The position numbers were made by a program, and so were the translations under genes. From Leucoraja ocellata (taxonomy: Eukaryota): DNA of 64,000 bases. The first letter of the stretch is position 1. Every line of letters begins with the position of its first letter. Shown here one piece after another: positions 13,399-26,265 of the stretch. The stretch is from positions 10,912,001 through 10,976,000 of the forward strand of contig JAWMAR010000007.1 of the NCBI GenBank assembly GCA_036785375.1, given 5' to 3'. The notes below the pieces were generated by a model that did not search any database, had not been told where the DNA came from, and saw only the letters and a program-made list of their open reading frames with translations.

Positions 13399-13770
13399 CG
13401 GACGACGGTGACACCACGAAGGAGCCCAGCGACAGTGGAGTCGCCGCCCGCAGAGGCGAGGCCCGGCCCCGGCCTGTCGTGTGGTGTCGTGTCCCGCCGC
13501 TTGTTGCTGCTGCTGCAGCCGGTCCGGTCCTGGTCTGTCCTGTCCGAAGATTACAGAGCAGCTGGATAATCTTTGGTCCTGTCCTCTCCTGTCGTGTCCC
13601 GCACTGCTGCAGCCGAGCCGGTCCTGTCGTGTCCTCTCCTGTCGTGCCTGTCCCGCCCCCTCCGCCATTGACCCGGACGTGTTACGAGGCCGGGGTGACG
13701 GTGAGCGACGTTCAATGGCGGCGGGGAGCGGGGCCTGTAGCAAAGATACTAGAGAAGCTCCTTTATAATC
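13399..13770 (-). promoter_or_regulatory. uba6: CpG-rich promoter and probable non-coding exon 1 of uba6
   Basis: CpG-dense, ends in CCG|GTGAGT donor (exon ends 13399), TATAAAG at 13767-13761, GC box at ~13652-13660, YY1-like motifs. It is the only such donor-bearing CpG segment seen upstream of exon 2. Confidence 0.7.
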
Positions 13771-14529
13771 TTTGGCCTGAAGTGGCGACACTTTGACCTG
13801 CTGGTGTTCCCTGTCTTGCTGACAGTCTGCAGAAGATAGACACAAAATGCCGGACCAACATCCGCAGTTCCTTCCTACACATTTAGTCTGAAGAAGGGTC
13901 TCGACCCCAGAAACGTCGGTCCTTCTCTCCAGAGATGCTGCCTGGCCCAGAGTTACTCCAGCATTTTGTGTCTGTCTTAATAGATAATAGGGGCAGGAGG
14001 AGGCCATTCGGCCCTTCGAGCCAGCACCGCCATTCACGGTGATCATGGCTGATCATCCCCATTAGTACCCTGTTCCTGCCTTCTCCCCATACCCCCTGAC
14101 TCCGCTATCTTTAAGAGCAATAAAACTCTCTCTTGAAAGCATCCAGAGAATCGGCCTCCGCTGCCTTCTGAGGCAGAGAATTTCACAGATTCCCAACTCT
14201 GGGTGAAAATGTGTCCTTCCTATACATTTTGTCTGCGTCTCTCCTCAGGGCAAACCTATTTCAAAGAGGTTCTCCTTCTCTCTCAGTCCAGACTTCTGCA
14301 ACTCCCTCTCTCGCTGCTTCCCCTCTGATTCCTCCTGTTCTTAAGCTCCACCACCACGTTTTAACCTAGGAGTCTGAAGAAGGGTGTTGACCCAAAACAT
14401 CATCCACTCCTTCGCTCCAGAGATGCTATCTGTCCCGTTGAGTTACTCCAGTATTTTGTGTGTATGGTGTAAACCAGCATTTGCAGTTCATTCCTACACA
14501 ACTCTGGTCTTTCAAACTACTTTTCCTCG

Positions 14530-15670
14530 GGCTCACCTCAAGAATGGGAGGAGGCCTTGGCAGATAGAGCACAAGTATTCATCCAAACAGTGGCCTAAGG
14601 TAAGCTTGGTCTCGCCAATGTAAAATAGGCCACTTTGCACTAGATGTGTAAGAAGAGCCACCTGGAAGGGCTGCTGGGGTACATGTATGGATGTGAGGGT
14701 GGGTAAGAACAGGTGGTAGGTCTCCTTCAGTTGCATGGGAAAGTACCTGCGAGAGAGTGCTTTGGGTGGGAAGGGATGAGTGAACCAAGGAGTGGCGGAG
14801 TAAATGGTCTCTGTGGGAAGCGGAAACGTATGGTGATGGGAAGATGTAACTGGTAGTGGGATCACGTTGAAGATGGTGAAAATAACAGAATGATGTAGGA
14901 TGCAGAAGCTGGTGGGGGTAAAGGAAAGCTTTATCCTTGTTCTGTCTGGGGGAGGGGGAGCGAGAGCTGAGCTACAAGATACAGAAGACATGTGAATGAG
15001 GGACCCATCTTCAACAGCAGAGGGGAATTCATGTTTGCTAAAGAAACATCTCAGATGTCCTCGAGGTGAAAGGGTCACCTTGGGAGCAAATGCAGAAGAG
15101 ACCTGGAACTGAGAGTAGGGAATGGCATCTTTGCAAGAGGTAGGTTGGGAGAAGATATAGTCCAGATAATTGTAGAATTCAGTGGATTTATGGTAGACGT
15201 CAGTTGATATTCTGTCCCCAGTGTCAGAGATAGCCCAAGTGAATCTGAGGACTGGGTGGAAGTTTGTGGTAAAGTTAATGAAATAAACTAGTTCTGCCCG
15301 GATGAGCCCCAACGCAATCATTAAACTAGCGGAGAAAGAGGTAGGGGGTGGTGTCAGATAATGCTATCTGTGGGAGTCAGTGGGATTACAGTGGACGTCA
15401 GTCAATAGTCTGTCCCCTTTGTTGGAGAGAGCGAAAAAAATGGGAGAGATGTGCCAAGGATGCTCCAAGTGAATTTGAAGGCAGGGTAAAAGTTAGTGAA
15501 AATGTGAATGAATTCTGCATGGGTACAGGAGGCAGCCCTGTTGCAGCAATTGACATAGTTGATTTGGGGGTGGTGCTCGTTTACATTTGGAACATGGACT
15601 GCCACGTAACCAACAAAAAGGCATAGCTGTGACCCATGCCCATGGCAACTTCCATGGTATAGATGAATCA
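14530..15670 (-). mobile_element. Degenerate Penelope-like retroelement (RT thumb plus GIY-YIG), with a duplicated RT segment
   Basis: FINFTTNFHPVLRFTWAIS...STDVYHKSTEFYNYLDY...CKDAIPYSQF and GLFYIGETK. Second copy EFIHIFTNFYPAFKFTWSI at 15402-15671. Further fragments at ~12600-12715, 17040-17315, 37050-37420, 59100-59330. Confidence 0.85.
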
Positions 15671-17865
15671 ATGGGACCTAAGAATTGAAAGACATGTGAG
15701 GTGTCTCGAATGTAGGTCGGAAGATTCTGGACATGGGGAACAAGATGGAATCAAGCTATTTGGATACGAGTTCTATGGGACAGGAGCAAGCAGAAAGAAT
15801 GTATCTACCGGCAGTCCTGTTTGTGGATTTTGGTCGGGCCTATTGAGGCCTCCACAGTTGCCTCTACGGAGGCCCGATGTTCCTGGCCGTTCTCGCCGGG
15901 TGATGTTGCTCCGGCGTCGGAAGAGTCCTCCCAGCGGCCTGGGAACCCTGGAACGGCCGCTGGGACTATTGAATGTGACAAAGACACTCTATATTGGCAA
16001 TGCCTGCATAGACTTCTTGCAGTAAGTAAAACGTTTTTCCATACGGTTGGCAATCATTTTTCCAAGGAAGCTTGTGTAATCAAATAAATGTTACCAATCG
16101 ACTCAGCACGATGAATTACATCAACTACAATTGTTTGCAACAGGTTATTGTGAAAGTCTGCTGAAATAAGGTGATTGAATGTGACGCAGCTACTGCCTAT
16201 TGGAAACGCCTAAACTGCTTGGACCGAGTAGAACGCTTTTCCATACGGTTTAGCAATAACTTCCTTGGAAGGTTGTACACCAAATCAGCCACGATCACAT
16301 TGAATGGTGGTGGTGGCTTGAAGGGCCGAATGGCCTACTACTGCACCTATTGTCTAAATAAATAATACCATTTGATTAAGGAGCATGAATTACATCAAGT
16401 AAACATGTTTGCAACAGATTATTGTGAAGGTCTGATGAAATAAAGGCAATTGAATGTGAAATATTACACTGTATGGGGAAATACCTAACTGCTTGCACTA
16501 AATAGAAAACTTTTCCATACAGTTGGCAATAACTTTCTAGGAAGGTTGTACTATACAAGTTACAATTCAATTCGGAACCATGAATTACACCAGCCAGGTA
16601 AGTTGCAGAGTTTTTTATGAAAGTCTGCTGAAATAAAGGCAATTGAATGTGACATAGCTTCACAGTTTTGGAAATGGCTGACTAGACTGCTTGCACTAAG
16701 TAGAAAATGTTTCCATACGGCAGGCAATAACCATACAACCAAATACATGTTAGGAGTCGAATACGCAGCATGGGCTACATCAAATAGACATGTTTGCAAG
16801 AGGTAGATGCAAAATGCTGGAGTAACTCAGGCAGCATCTCTGGAAAAAAGGAATAGGTGACGTCTTGGGTCGCCACCCTTCATCAGACTGAGAGGGAAAC
16901 TAGAGGTATGAAAAGGTACATGAACAGGTCAGAGACTGCACCGATGACCAAAGAGCCCATAATGGTCCATTGTTGGCTGCGGAGGAGGTGATAATGAGGG
17001 GACATGAGCAGTTAAATTAGCAGGACAACTAGGACGGGGGAGGGACTGAGAGAGCGGGAATGCAATCAGAGAAATCAATATTCACACCACTGGGTTGTAA
17101 GCTACCCAAGCGGAATATGAGGTGCTGTTCCTCCAATCTGAGGGTGGCATCTCTCTGACAGTGGAGGAGGCCCAGGACAGAAAGGTCACTATAGAAAAGG
17201 GAAAGGAAGTTAAAAAAAAGCAACTGGGAGATGGCGTAGGCCAAGGCGGACTGAGCATCTACTGGATCCGTTGTTCCAAGTGTGGACTCCTATATATTGT
17301 TGAGACTAAGGGCAGAATGGTGTACAATCAAATAAATGTTACAATCCATTCTGCACCATGCATTACATCAACTAAACTTGTTTGCAAGAGGTTATTTAGA
17401 AGGTCCAATGAAATAAAGCCAATTGCATGTGACATAGCTACTTTGTATTGCTATGACTAACCAGTCTGCATGCACTAAGTGTAGACAAGGATAGACAAAG
17501 GAGAGTCGGTGGATGTGCTTTACCTAGATTTTCAGGCCTTTAATAAGGTGCTGCACGTGAGGCAGCTAAAGAAGATGAGAGCCCGTGGTATGAGAGGGAA
17601 GGTACTATTATGGAAACAGGTTGGCTGAATGGCAGAAGGCAAAGATTGGCAATAAAGGGGGCTTTTTCCTTGTTGGCTGCCAGTTACTAGTGGTGTTCTG
17701 CAAGGGTTAGTGCTGGTTCCGCTACTCTTCACATTGTCTATCAATGATTTGAAATATAACAGCTTTGGAAACACTGACTTACTCTGTTTACAGCAAGCAG
17801 CGTTCACTTCCATGAATCTTCAAATAACTTTTCAGGGCAATGTGCTGCAATCAAATAAACTACTC

Positions 17866-18631
17866 CATATAACCATATAACAATTACAGCACGGAAACAG
17901 GCCACCTCGACCCTTCTAGTCCATGCTGAACACGTATTCTCCCCTAGTCCCATATACCTGCGCTCAGACCATAACCCTCCATTCCTTTCCCGTCCATATA
18001 ACTATCCGATTTATTTTTAAATTATAAAAACGAACCTTCCTCCACCACCTTCACTGGAAGCTCATTCACCACAGCCACAACTCTCTGAGTAAAGAAGTTC
18101 CCCCTCATGTTACCCCTAAACTTCTGTCCCTTAATTCTCAAGTCATGTCCCCTTGTTTGAATCTTCCCTACTCTCAGTGGGAAAAGCTTATCCACGTCAA
18201 CTCTGTCTATCCCTTTCATCATTTTAAAGACCTCTATCAAGTCCCCCCTTAACCTTCTGCGCTCCAAAGAATAAAGCCCTAACTTGTTCAACCTTTCTCT
18301 GTAACTTAGTTGCTGAAACCCAGGCAACATTCTAGTAAAAAGGTACACAAAATTGCTGGAGAAACTCAGCGGGTGCAGCAGCATCTACGGAGCGAAGGAA
18401 ATAGGCGACGTTTCGGGCCGAAACCCTTCTTCAGACTGTTGCATCATCAACACGTCAGTCTGAAGAAGGGTTTCGGCCCGAAACGTCGCCTATTTCCTTC
18501 GCTCCATAGATGCTGCTGAACCCGCTGAGTTTCTCCAGCAATTTTGTGTACCTTCGATCTTCCAGCATCTGCAGTTCCTTCTTGAACACAACATTCTAGT
18601 AAATCTCCTCTGTACTCTCTCTATTTTGTTG
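17866..18631 (-). mobile_element. CR1 3' fragment inserted in the array, itself split by a palindromic Penelope-derived insert
   Basis: LSYRERLNKLGLYSLERRRLRGDLIEVFK (18022-18384). actcca flanks both sides. Confidence 0.85.
18340..18588. mobile_element. Penelope-derived inverted-repeat insert with two minimal hammerhead motifs
   Basis: ~100-bp arms around a 17-nt spacer; TSD caacattctagtaaa (18325-18339 and 18589-18603); CTGAAGAAGGGTTTCGGCCCGAAACGTC on both strands. Confidence 0.8.
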
Positions 18632-18914
18632 ACTCCAATCGATTCAGCTTCATGAGATACATCAGAATGGTTAGTTTACAACACGTTATTACTAACTACA
18701 TGGTAATCCAAGGCCAATGTATGAAAAATAACACTACTGCTTAGAAATCACTGAATTAGTCTGTTTGCAGCAAGCAGCATTCACTTCTTTGAATCTTGCA
18801 ATCACTTTTCAGGGCAAGGTGCTATAATAAAATAGATGAATCCAATGATTCAGCTTCATGAGTTCTCTGAAAATTTAGTTTACAACCCAGTATTACTGAC
18901 AGCATGTGCGATAG

Positions 18915-19672
18915 AGGATAGAAACATAGAAACATAGAAATTAGGTGCAGGAGTAGGCCATTCGGCCCTTCGAGCCTGCACCGCCATTCAATATGATCAT
19001 GGCTGATCATCCAACTCAGTATCCCGTACCTGCCTTCTCTCCATACCCCCTGATCCCCTTAGCCACAAGGGCCACATCTAACTCCCTCTTAAATATAGCC
19101 AATGAACTGGCCTCAACTACCCTCTGTGGCAGAGAGTTCCAGAGATTCACCACTCTCTGCGTGAAAAATGTTCTTCTCATCTCGGTTTTAAAGGATTTCC
19201 CCTTTATCCTTAAGCTGTGACCCCTTGTCCTGGACTTCCCCAACATCGGGAACAATCTTCCTGCATCTAGCCTGTCCAACCCCTTAAGAATTTTGTAAGT
19301 TTCTATAAGATCCCCTCTCAATCTTCTAAATTCTAGAGAGTATAAACCAAGTCTATCCAGTCTTTCTTCATAAGACAGTCCTGACATCCCAGGAATCAGT
19401 CTGGTGAACCGTCTCTGCACTCCCTCTATGGCAATAATGTCCTTCCTCAGATTTGGAGACCAAAACTGTACGCAATACTCCAGGTGTGGTCTCACCAAGA
19501 CCCTGTACAACTGCAGTAGAACCTCTCTGCTCCTATACTCAAATCCTTTTGCAATGAAAGCTAACATACCATTCGCTTTCTTTACTGCCTGCTGCACCTG
19601 CATGCCTACCTTCAATGACTGGTGTACCATGACACCCAGGTCTCGCTGCATCTCCCCCTTTCCCAGTCGGCC
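18915..19672 (-). mobile_element. Young 5'-truncated CR1 LINE
   Basis: Open 3' RT frame (QRDLGVMVHQSLK...GYGEKAGTGY), (tttctatg)n tail, nearly identical to the 3' end of 61490-64000. Confidence 0.92.
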
Positions 19673-22282
19673 AATGTATGGAAAATAATACAGCTTTGAA
19701 AAATCTGAATTAGTCTGTTTCGAACAAGCAACATTTACTTCCATGAATCTTGCAACAACTTTTCAGTGCAAGGTGCTACAATCAAATAAATGACTCCAAT
19801 CTATTCAGCTTCCTAAGATACATCAGAAAAGTTAGTTCACACCACGTTATTCCTAACTACATGTTAGTTAGAGGTCGATATATGGAAAAGCACTCTATAG
19901 CTTTGGCAACACTGCCTCAGTCTATTTGCAAGAAGCAGCATTCGCTTCCATGCCAGCAGCGGGCCGGGACACCAGCCGCAGTCAGACTGTAGAGGAGGAT
20001 TCGCCCCACAGGGCGCCGCTGCCGACAGAGAAGCTGGCGCAGAGCGAGTGGTCAAAGTGAGATCGTCAAGACGGAGCCTCGAGGTTGAGGCGGAGTCCCT
20101 GCAGTCGAGATCGGGTCGGATCCTGGAGGTCGGGACATATCGCCGAGAACAAAGGGGGTCCCGACGTGGGTGGACCGGAGACATATGTAAATAACTACAG
20201 CTTTGGAAATACTGGATTAGTCTGTTTACAGATAACGCATTCGCTACCATGACTCCTGAAATAACTTCAGGGCAAAGAGCGACAATAACTAAATAACCAA
20301 TCAATTCAGCCTCATGAGATACATTAGAAAGGTCGGTTTACAACATGTTATTACTAACTACATTTCAGTTAGAAACCGATTAATGGAAAATACCTCTGCA
20401 GCTTTGGAAAGACTGAATTAGTCTGTTTGTGGAAAGCAGCATTGACTTCCAATAACCTTGCAGGGCAAGGAGTTGCAATCAAATAAATGTCACCGATCAA
20501 TTCAGCTTCATTAGAAAAGTAAGATTTCAAGATGTTATTACTAACTACATTTTAGTTAAAGGCCGATATATGGAAAATAACTACAGCTTTGGAAATACTG
20601 AATTAGTCTGCAGAAAACAACATTCACTTCAAGTCTGAAGAAGGGTTTCGGCCCGAAACGTTGCCTATTTCCTTCGCTCCATAGATGCTGCTGCACCCGC
20701 TGAGTTTCTCCAGCATTTTTGTGTACACTCACTTCTATGAACCTTGCAGTAACTGTTCAAGGCAAGGAGCTACAATCAAAGAAATAACACCAGTCGAGTC
20801 AGCTTCATGAGATACATCAGAAAGATTAGTTTACGACAAGTAATTACTAACTACGTTTTAGTTAGCGGGCGATATATGGAAAATACTTCTACAGCGTTGG
20901 GACACTGAATTAGTCTGTTAGCAGAAAGCAGCATTCACTTCCATGAATCATGCAGTAACCTTGCAGGGCAAGGGGCTACCATCAAATGAATAACACCATT
21001 CAATTTAGCTTCACGAGATATATCAGAAAAGTAAGATTACAAGATGTTGTTACTAACTACATTTTTATTTAGAAGCCGATTGAGTTGTGTGTGGAATTCT
21101 CTGCCTCAGAGGGCGGTGGAGGCCAGTTCTCTGGATACTTTCAAGAGAGAGCTAGATGGGGCTGTTAAATATAGTGGAGTCGGGGATATGGGGAGAAGGC
21201 AGGAAAGGGGTACTGATTGGGGATGATCAGCCATTGAATGGCAGTGCTGACTCGAAGGACCGAATGGCCTACTCCTGTGCCTATTGTCTATTGTCTAAAT
21301 ACTTCTAGAGCTTTGCAAACACTGAATTAGTCTTGGGCAATAACAAGCAGGTTGGTACAATCAAATAAATGACACCAATCAGTTCAGCTTCATGACATAC
21401 ATTAAAAAAGGTTACTTTACAACGTTATAACTAACTATGCTTGTTCAAGCAGATATATGGAAAATAACTGCTGCTTTAGAAACTGAATTAGTCTGCAGGA
21501 AGCAACATTCTCTTCATTATACCTGCAATAACCAAGTAAGGTGCTACAATTAAAGAACTTACTCCAATCAATTCAGCCTCATGAGATACATTAGAAAAGT
21601 TAGTTTACAACATTATTACTAACTATATTTTATTTTGAGGCAGATATATAGAAAACTAGGCCAAGTGGGGCCTATTGGGTCCCGTCCCGTCAATGCGCTG
21701 TTGCAGGGGGGGGAGGGGGGCAGCCTGTTGGAGCATACACACACACTAACCACCCCCAACACACACACACACACACTAACCCCCCTCCCCCCCACCTCCT
21801 TGATATTATATCAATATTATAATTAATACTTAATTAAGCGAGAGACAGAAGGAACTGCAGATTCTGGTTTACCAAAAAAGACACGCTCCACAGCAAGCAA
21901 TGTTCACTTCCATGAATCCTGCAATACCTTTTCAAGGCAATCTGCTGCAATCAAATAAATGACACTAATAAATTCAGCCTCATCAGATACATTAAAAAAA
22001 GTTAGTTTACAACGTGTTATTACTAACTTAATTTTAGTTAGAAGCCGATATATATGGAAAATAAGTCTACAGCTTTGTAAATACTGAATGTGTCTGTTTG
22101 CTGAAGTAGTATTCACTTCCATGAATCTGGCAATAACTTTTCAAGGCAAGTTGCTGCAATCAAAGAAATAACACCAATCGAGTCAGCTTGATGAGATACA
22201 TCAGAAACGTTAAGGTACAACATGTTATTACTAATTGCATTTTAGGTCGAAGCCTATATATGGAAAATAACAACAGCATTGG

Positions 22283-23140
22283 TTGGTGGCGGCACCTAAT
22301 GGCAGCGGCTCCACTACAGTCGTCCGTCTTTTTTTTATTTTTGTCTTGTTAAATGTATGTTTTGAGCTTAATAAAAACTAAGCTCAAAACATACATTTAG
22401 CTGTGTATATGTGGGTGGAGGGGGGGATGTGGGGGAAACCGTTTAATCTCTTCCCTGTACTTTTCCCTGTCGGGTCTCCAGTGTCGTTGGGCCTAACACT
22501 GAGGAGCCGTCGGCGGACTCCGGCCGGGACCAACCGGGGGATCCAGTCGCGGAGCCTGTGGACCTGACAACGCAAAGCTGGCCGACTTCAGAGCGGGGAG
22601 AGCTGTGGTGATGCGCAGTTGCGACCCGACTTTGGAGCATCGGAAGCTCCGGCTGCAGGCGCGGTGGACAGGAACATCGGGAGCTCCAGGTCCCTGGTGG
22701 GAGACCGCTTTTCGGAGCTCCCGCAACGGCAGCTTCTCCCGCTGGAATCGCGGGGTTGAAAGGACACGAAGCGAGGCCTAACATCGCCCGGTGCTGATTA
22801 GTGGGCACGGGACTTACCATCACCCGCCGGGGGCTCTAACATCGGAGCCCCAGTTCGCCTAGACGCTACAGTTGGACTGCTGGACCGCTGGTTGGTCTGC
22901 TAAATGGCCACAGGACTTGCCATCGTCTTTAACATCGGAGTCCCAGTTCGCCTAGACACTGCAGTTAGACCGCGGGTGAAGAATAAAGGGAAGAGATAAG
23001 GCTTTGCCTTCCATCACAGTGAGGAGGTGTTGGAGACTCACTGTGATGGATGTTTATGTAACCTGTGTTAAGTGTGGGCCTTGGGTTTTTTTGTAATGTA
23101 AAAAACTAGTAAATGTAATTTCGTTCAAACCTAGATTTCG
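22283..23140 (+). mobile_element. GC-rich non-autonomous retroposon (family also at ~43180-44040 and ~46030-46820)
   Basis: Shared blocks gggagaccgcttttc..gct..cgcaacggc, gccttccatcacag, gtgatggatgt across the three loci. Confidence 0.6.
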
Positions 23141-24602
23141 CATTCCATTCGAAACACTGAATGAGTTTATTTTCAGCAGGCAGCATTAATTTCTATGAAT
23201 CCTGCAATAAATTTACAAGTTGCTACTATAACTAAATGCCACCAATCGATTCAGCCTCATGAGATACATTAAAAATGTTGGTTTACAACATGGTATGACT
23301 AACTATTTAGTTAGCAGTTGATATATGGAAAATATCTCTTGAGTGTTGGAAACGCTGAATGAATCTCTTTGCAGAAAGCAGCATACACTTCCATGAATTT
23401 AGTAGTGACTTTTCAAGGCAAGGTGCGACAATCAAAGAAATGACTCCAATCGATTCACCTTCATTTGATACATTAGAAAAGTTTGTTTTCAACAGGTTAT
23501 TACTAACTATATAACTTTAATATATCTCTAACTAGAGGCCTAAATATGGAACATAACTACAGTTTTGGAAACACTAAATAAGTCTGTTTGCAGTAAACAA
23601 CATTCACTTCCATAAATCTTGCAATAACTTTTCAGGGCAAGGTACTACAATCAAATAAATTAATCCAATTGATTCAACTTCATGAGATACATTAAATAAG
23701 TGAGTTTACATCATGTAAACTGCAACACCTCTCCCTTTTCTGTAATAAATTCTATTAACCATTCCTCAGCCCATCCGATCAAGATCTTGCTGTAATTTTT
23801 GACAACCATTTTTATTATCTACATTTCCACCCACTTTTGTGCCATCAGCAAACTTGCTGATCATGCCTTGTACGTTCTCATCCAAATAATTGGTATAGAA
23901 GACAAGCAGTAATGGGCCCAACATTGAACCGTGAGGAACACCACTAGTCACAGGCCCCTGAAAAGCAACCTTCCACCATTCCTTCCATTAAGCCAATTTT
24001 CTATCCATTCAGCTAACTCTGTTTTGATCCCATGCGATCTAACCTTTCGGGACAGCCAACCATGCAGAACTTATTTGAATGCTTGTACTTGTATATGGCT
24101 TGATTGAACGCATGTATGGTGTGATTAGATGTAAACAAAGCTATTCACTGTATCTTGCCATACCTGACAGCTATAAACCAATGTCAATATGTATTACGAA
24201 GACTGCCTTCTACACCGCCACCGCCCCTCTCGATCCCCTATGATACTGAGCCTACGTATGAAGCCCCACATTTTATTTACCCATTCTTCAGGACCTTGGC
24301 ATCAACACAAAGCCTGGCAAATATTGTCCCTTCCTTATTGCTCTCCAAGAGGGAATTGCTAGTCAGTCATATGGTATTTAACAGTCAACAGCATTGGTGT
24401 AGAAACAAAGAACTGTAGATGGTGGTTTATACCAGATATAGACACAGTGTAGGAGTAACTCACTGGGTTAGGCGGCATCTCTGAAGAAAAAGAAGAGATG
24501 ACGTTTCAGGTTGGGACATTTCTTCTTTCTCCAGAGATGCTGCCTGATGTGTTAAATTATTCCGGCATGTTGTGCCTTTCAACAGCATTGAGTAGGTTTG
24601 GA

Positions 24603-24741
24603 ATGTTGGGAGATTGCAACCTTCACGTGGTCCACCCTGTTTCGACAAATGCAATCAGCCTGGTGTGCACAATCAAATAAGATCAAATAGAACAAGTTGT
24701 CCTACAACTTTAGTCTGAGCACGCCATACGCAAGAAGAAGA
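24603..24741 (+). mobile_element. Short retroposon with (gaa)n tail, RTE-like 3' end
   Basis: 12-bp TSD agtaggtttgga (24591-24602 and 24742-24753). Second copy at ~45171-45298. Confidence 0.7.
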
Positions 24742-26265
24742 AGTAGGTTTGGAGACACAAGAACCTCTGCCCAGGTTCATAAGTTCTAGGAGCAGAGTTA
24801 GGCCATTCAGCCCATCAAGTCTACTACTCCATCATTAAATCATGGCTGATCTATCTTTCCCTCTCAACCCCATTCTTTCGTCTTTTCCTCATAACCTCTG
24901 ACACTCATACTAATAAAAAATCTGTCAGTCCACCTTAAAAATATCCATTGACTTGGCCTCCACAGCCTTTTGTGGCAATGAATCACCACTCTATGACTAA
25001 ATAAATTCCACCCCATTAGGTAATGCTGGGCAGATGTCCTCTACTGAAGGTGTTAAGTGAACCAGATGGATTTTACAGCAAACATTTCTTGAAGTTATCA
25101 ATGCTGTTGACTAGTTGTAAATTCAAGAATTAACTGAATGCAAATTTTGCAGCTGCTGTGGTGTAAGTCAGATTCAGTTCTCTATTTTAGTCCAGGCCAC
25201 TGTATTACCATTTCCATAAGGCACCAGCGCACGACTACCTTTTGTGGGCAGGGACTTCCCAAATCAGTGCTAGCACTAAAGATAGACACAAAATACTGGA
25301 GTAACTCAGCGGGTCAGGCAGCATCTCTGGAGAAAAGGAATAGGTGACGTTTCGGGTCGAGACCCTTCATCAGACTGAGAGTCAGGGAGGGGGAAGCTAG
25401 AGGTATGGAGGAGGTAACTTCACATACCTCATTTCCCCCTCCCTGATTCTCAGTCTGATGAAGGGTCTCGACCCAAAACAGGTTCTGTACCTTCCCATAC
25501 CTCTAGTTTCACCCTCCCTGACTCAGTCTGATGAAGGCTCTCGATCTGAAACGTTTCACCTTTTCATTTTCTCCTTTTGCTTGACCGGCTGAGTTACTCC
25601 AGCATTTTGTGTCTATCTTCAGTATAAACCAGCATCTGTAGTTCCTTCTTACACAGTGGTAGAACTTCCCGCTTTGGTACTGATGCAGTTCTAAGTTGAG
25701 CAAATTCCCTCATTGTGATGATGTGACACATAAAACATGGAACAGTGCAGCACAGTACACACATAATGTCCAATAACGGACTTGAGTAGTTAAACTAATT
25801 CCCTCTGACTGCACGTATTCCACATTCTTCCATTCCCTGCATATCCTTGTGCCTATGTGAAAACTTCACAAATGCCACTATATGCCTCAACCACCACCCT
25901 TGGCAACGTGTTCCAGGCACTCACCACCCTCTGCGGTGTTAAAAAAAACTTGCCTTGTACATCACGTTTGAACTTTGCCCCTTTCATCTGTTACATGAGC
26001 TCATTGTGAAATTTATAAATCTATAAACAATTCCTCCACGAACAGTTAATTCCTTTAGGTATTAGTCCGTGAGTCATTACATTTCAGGAAGTTCCCTGAG
26101 CTTGCATGAACTTCCCCCACATTTAACCTCAAATTTAAAACTAGTTGTGCTAGTTTCCAAACAAGTATGTAACATACAAGGAATTTCATTGGCCAGGTCA
26201 GTCATACAATTAAAAGCAACAGATCACTCAAAAACACATTTTAACAAGAACATCAACCACAGTGA

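Larger units (their letters stand above)
15960..23715. repeat. Degenerate ~200-bp tandem array (about 20 units, two subtypes), fragmented by TE insertions
   Basis: Recurring unit ...tggaaaata..cagctttggaaacactgaattagtctgtttgc..aagcagcattcacttccatgaat..aatcaaataaat..ttcagcttcatgagatacat..gttattactaactac. Measured spacings 202 (16039-16241), 198 (16515-16713), 206 (22055-22261). Confidence 0.85.

Noticed and set aside
12847-14046. Long ORFs (240 aa +, 354 aa -)
   Set aside because: Produced by the stop-free C/T tract and GC-rich promoter; low complexity and running into SINE sequence.
15960-23715. CRISPR array or miR-430-type miRNA cluster
   Set aside because: Vertebrate DNA; whole ~200-bp units are homologous with no unique spacers; no recurring AAGTGC seed or clear pre-miRNA hairpin seen.
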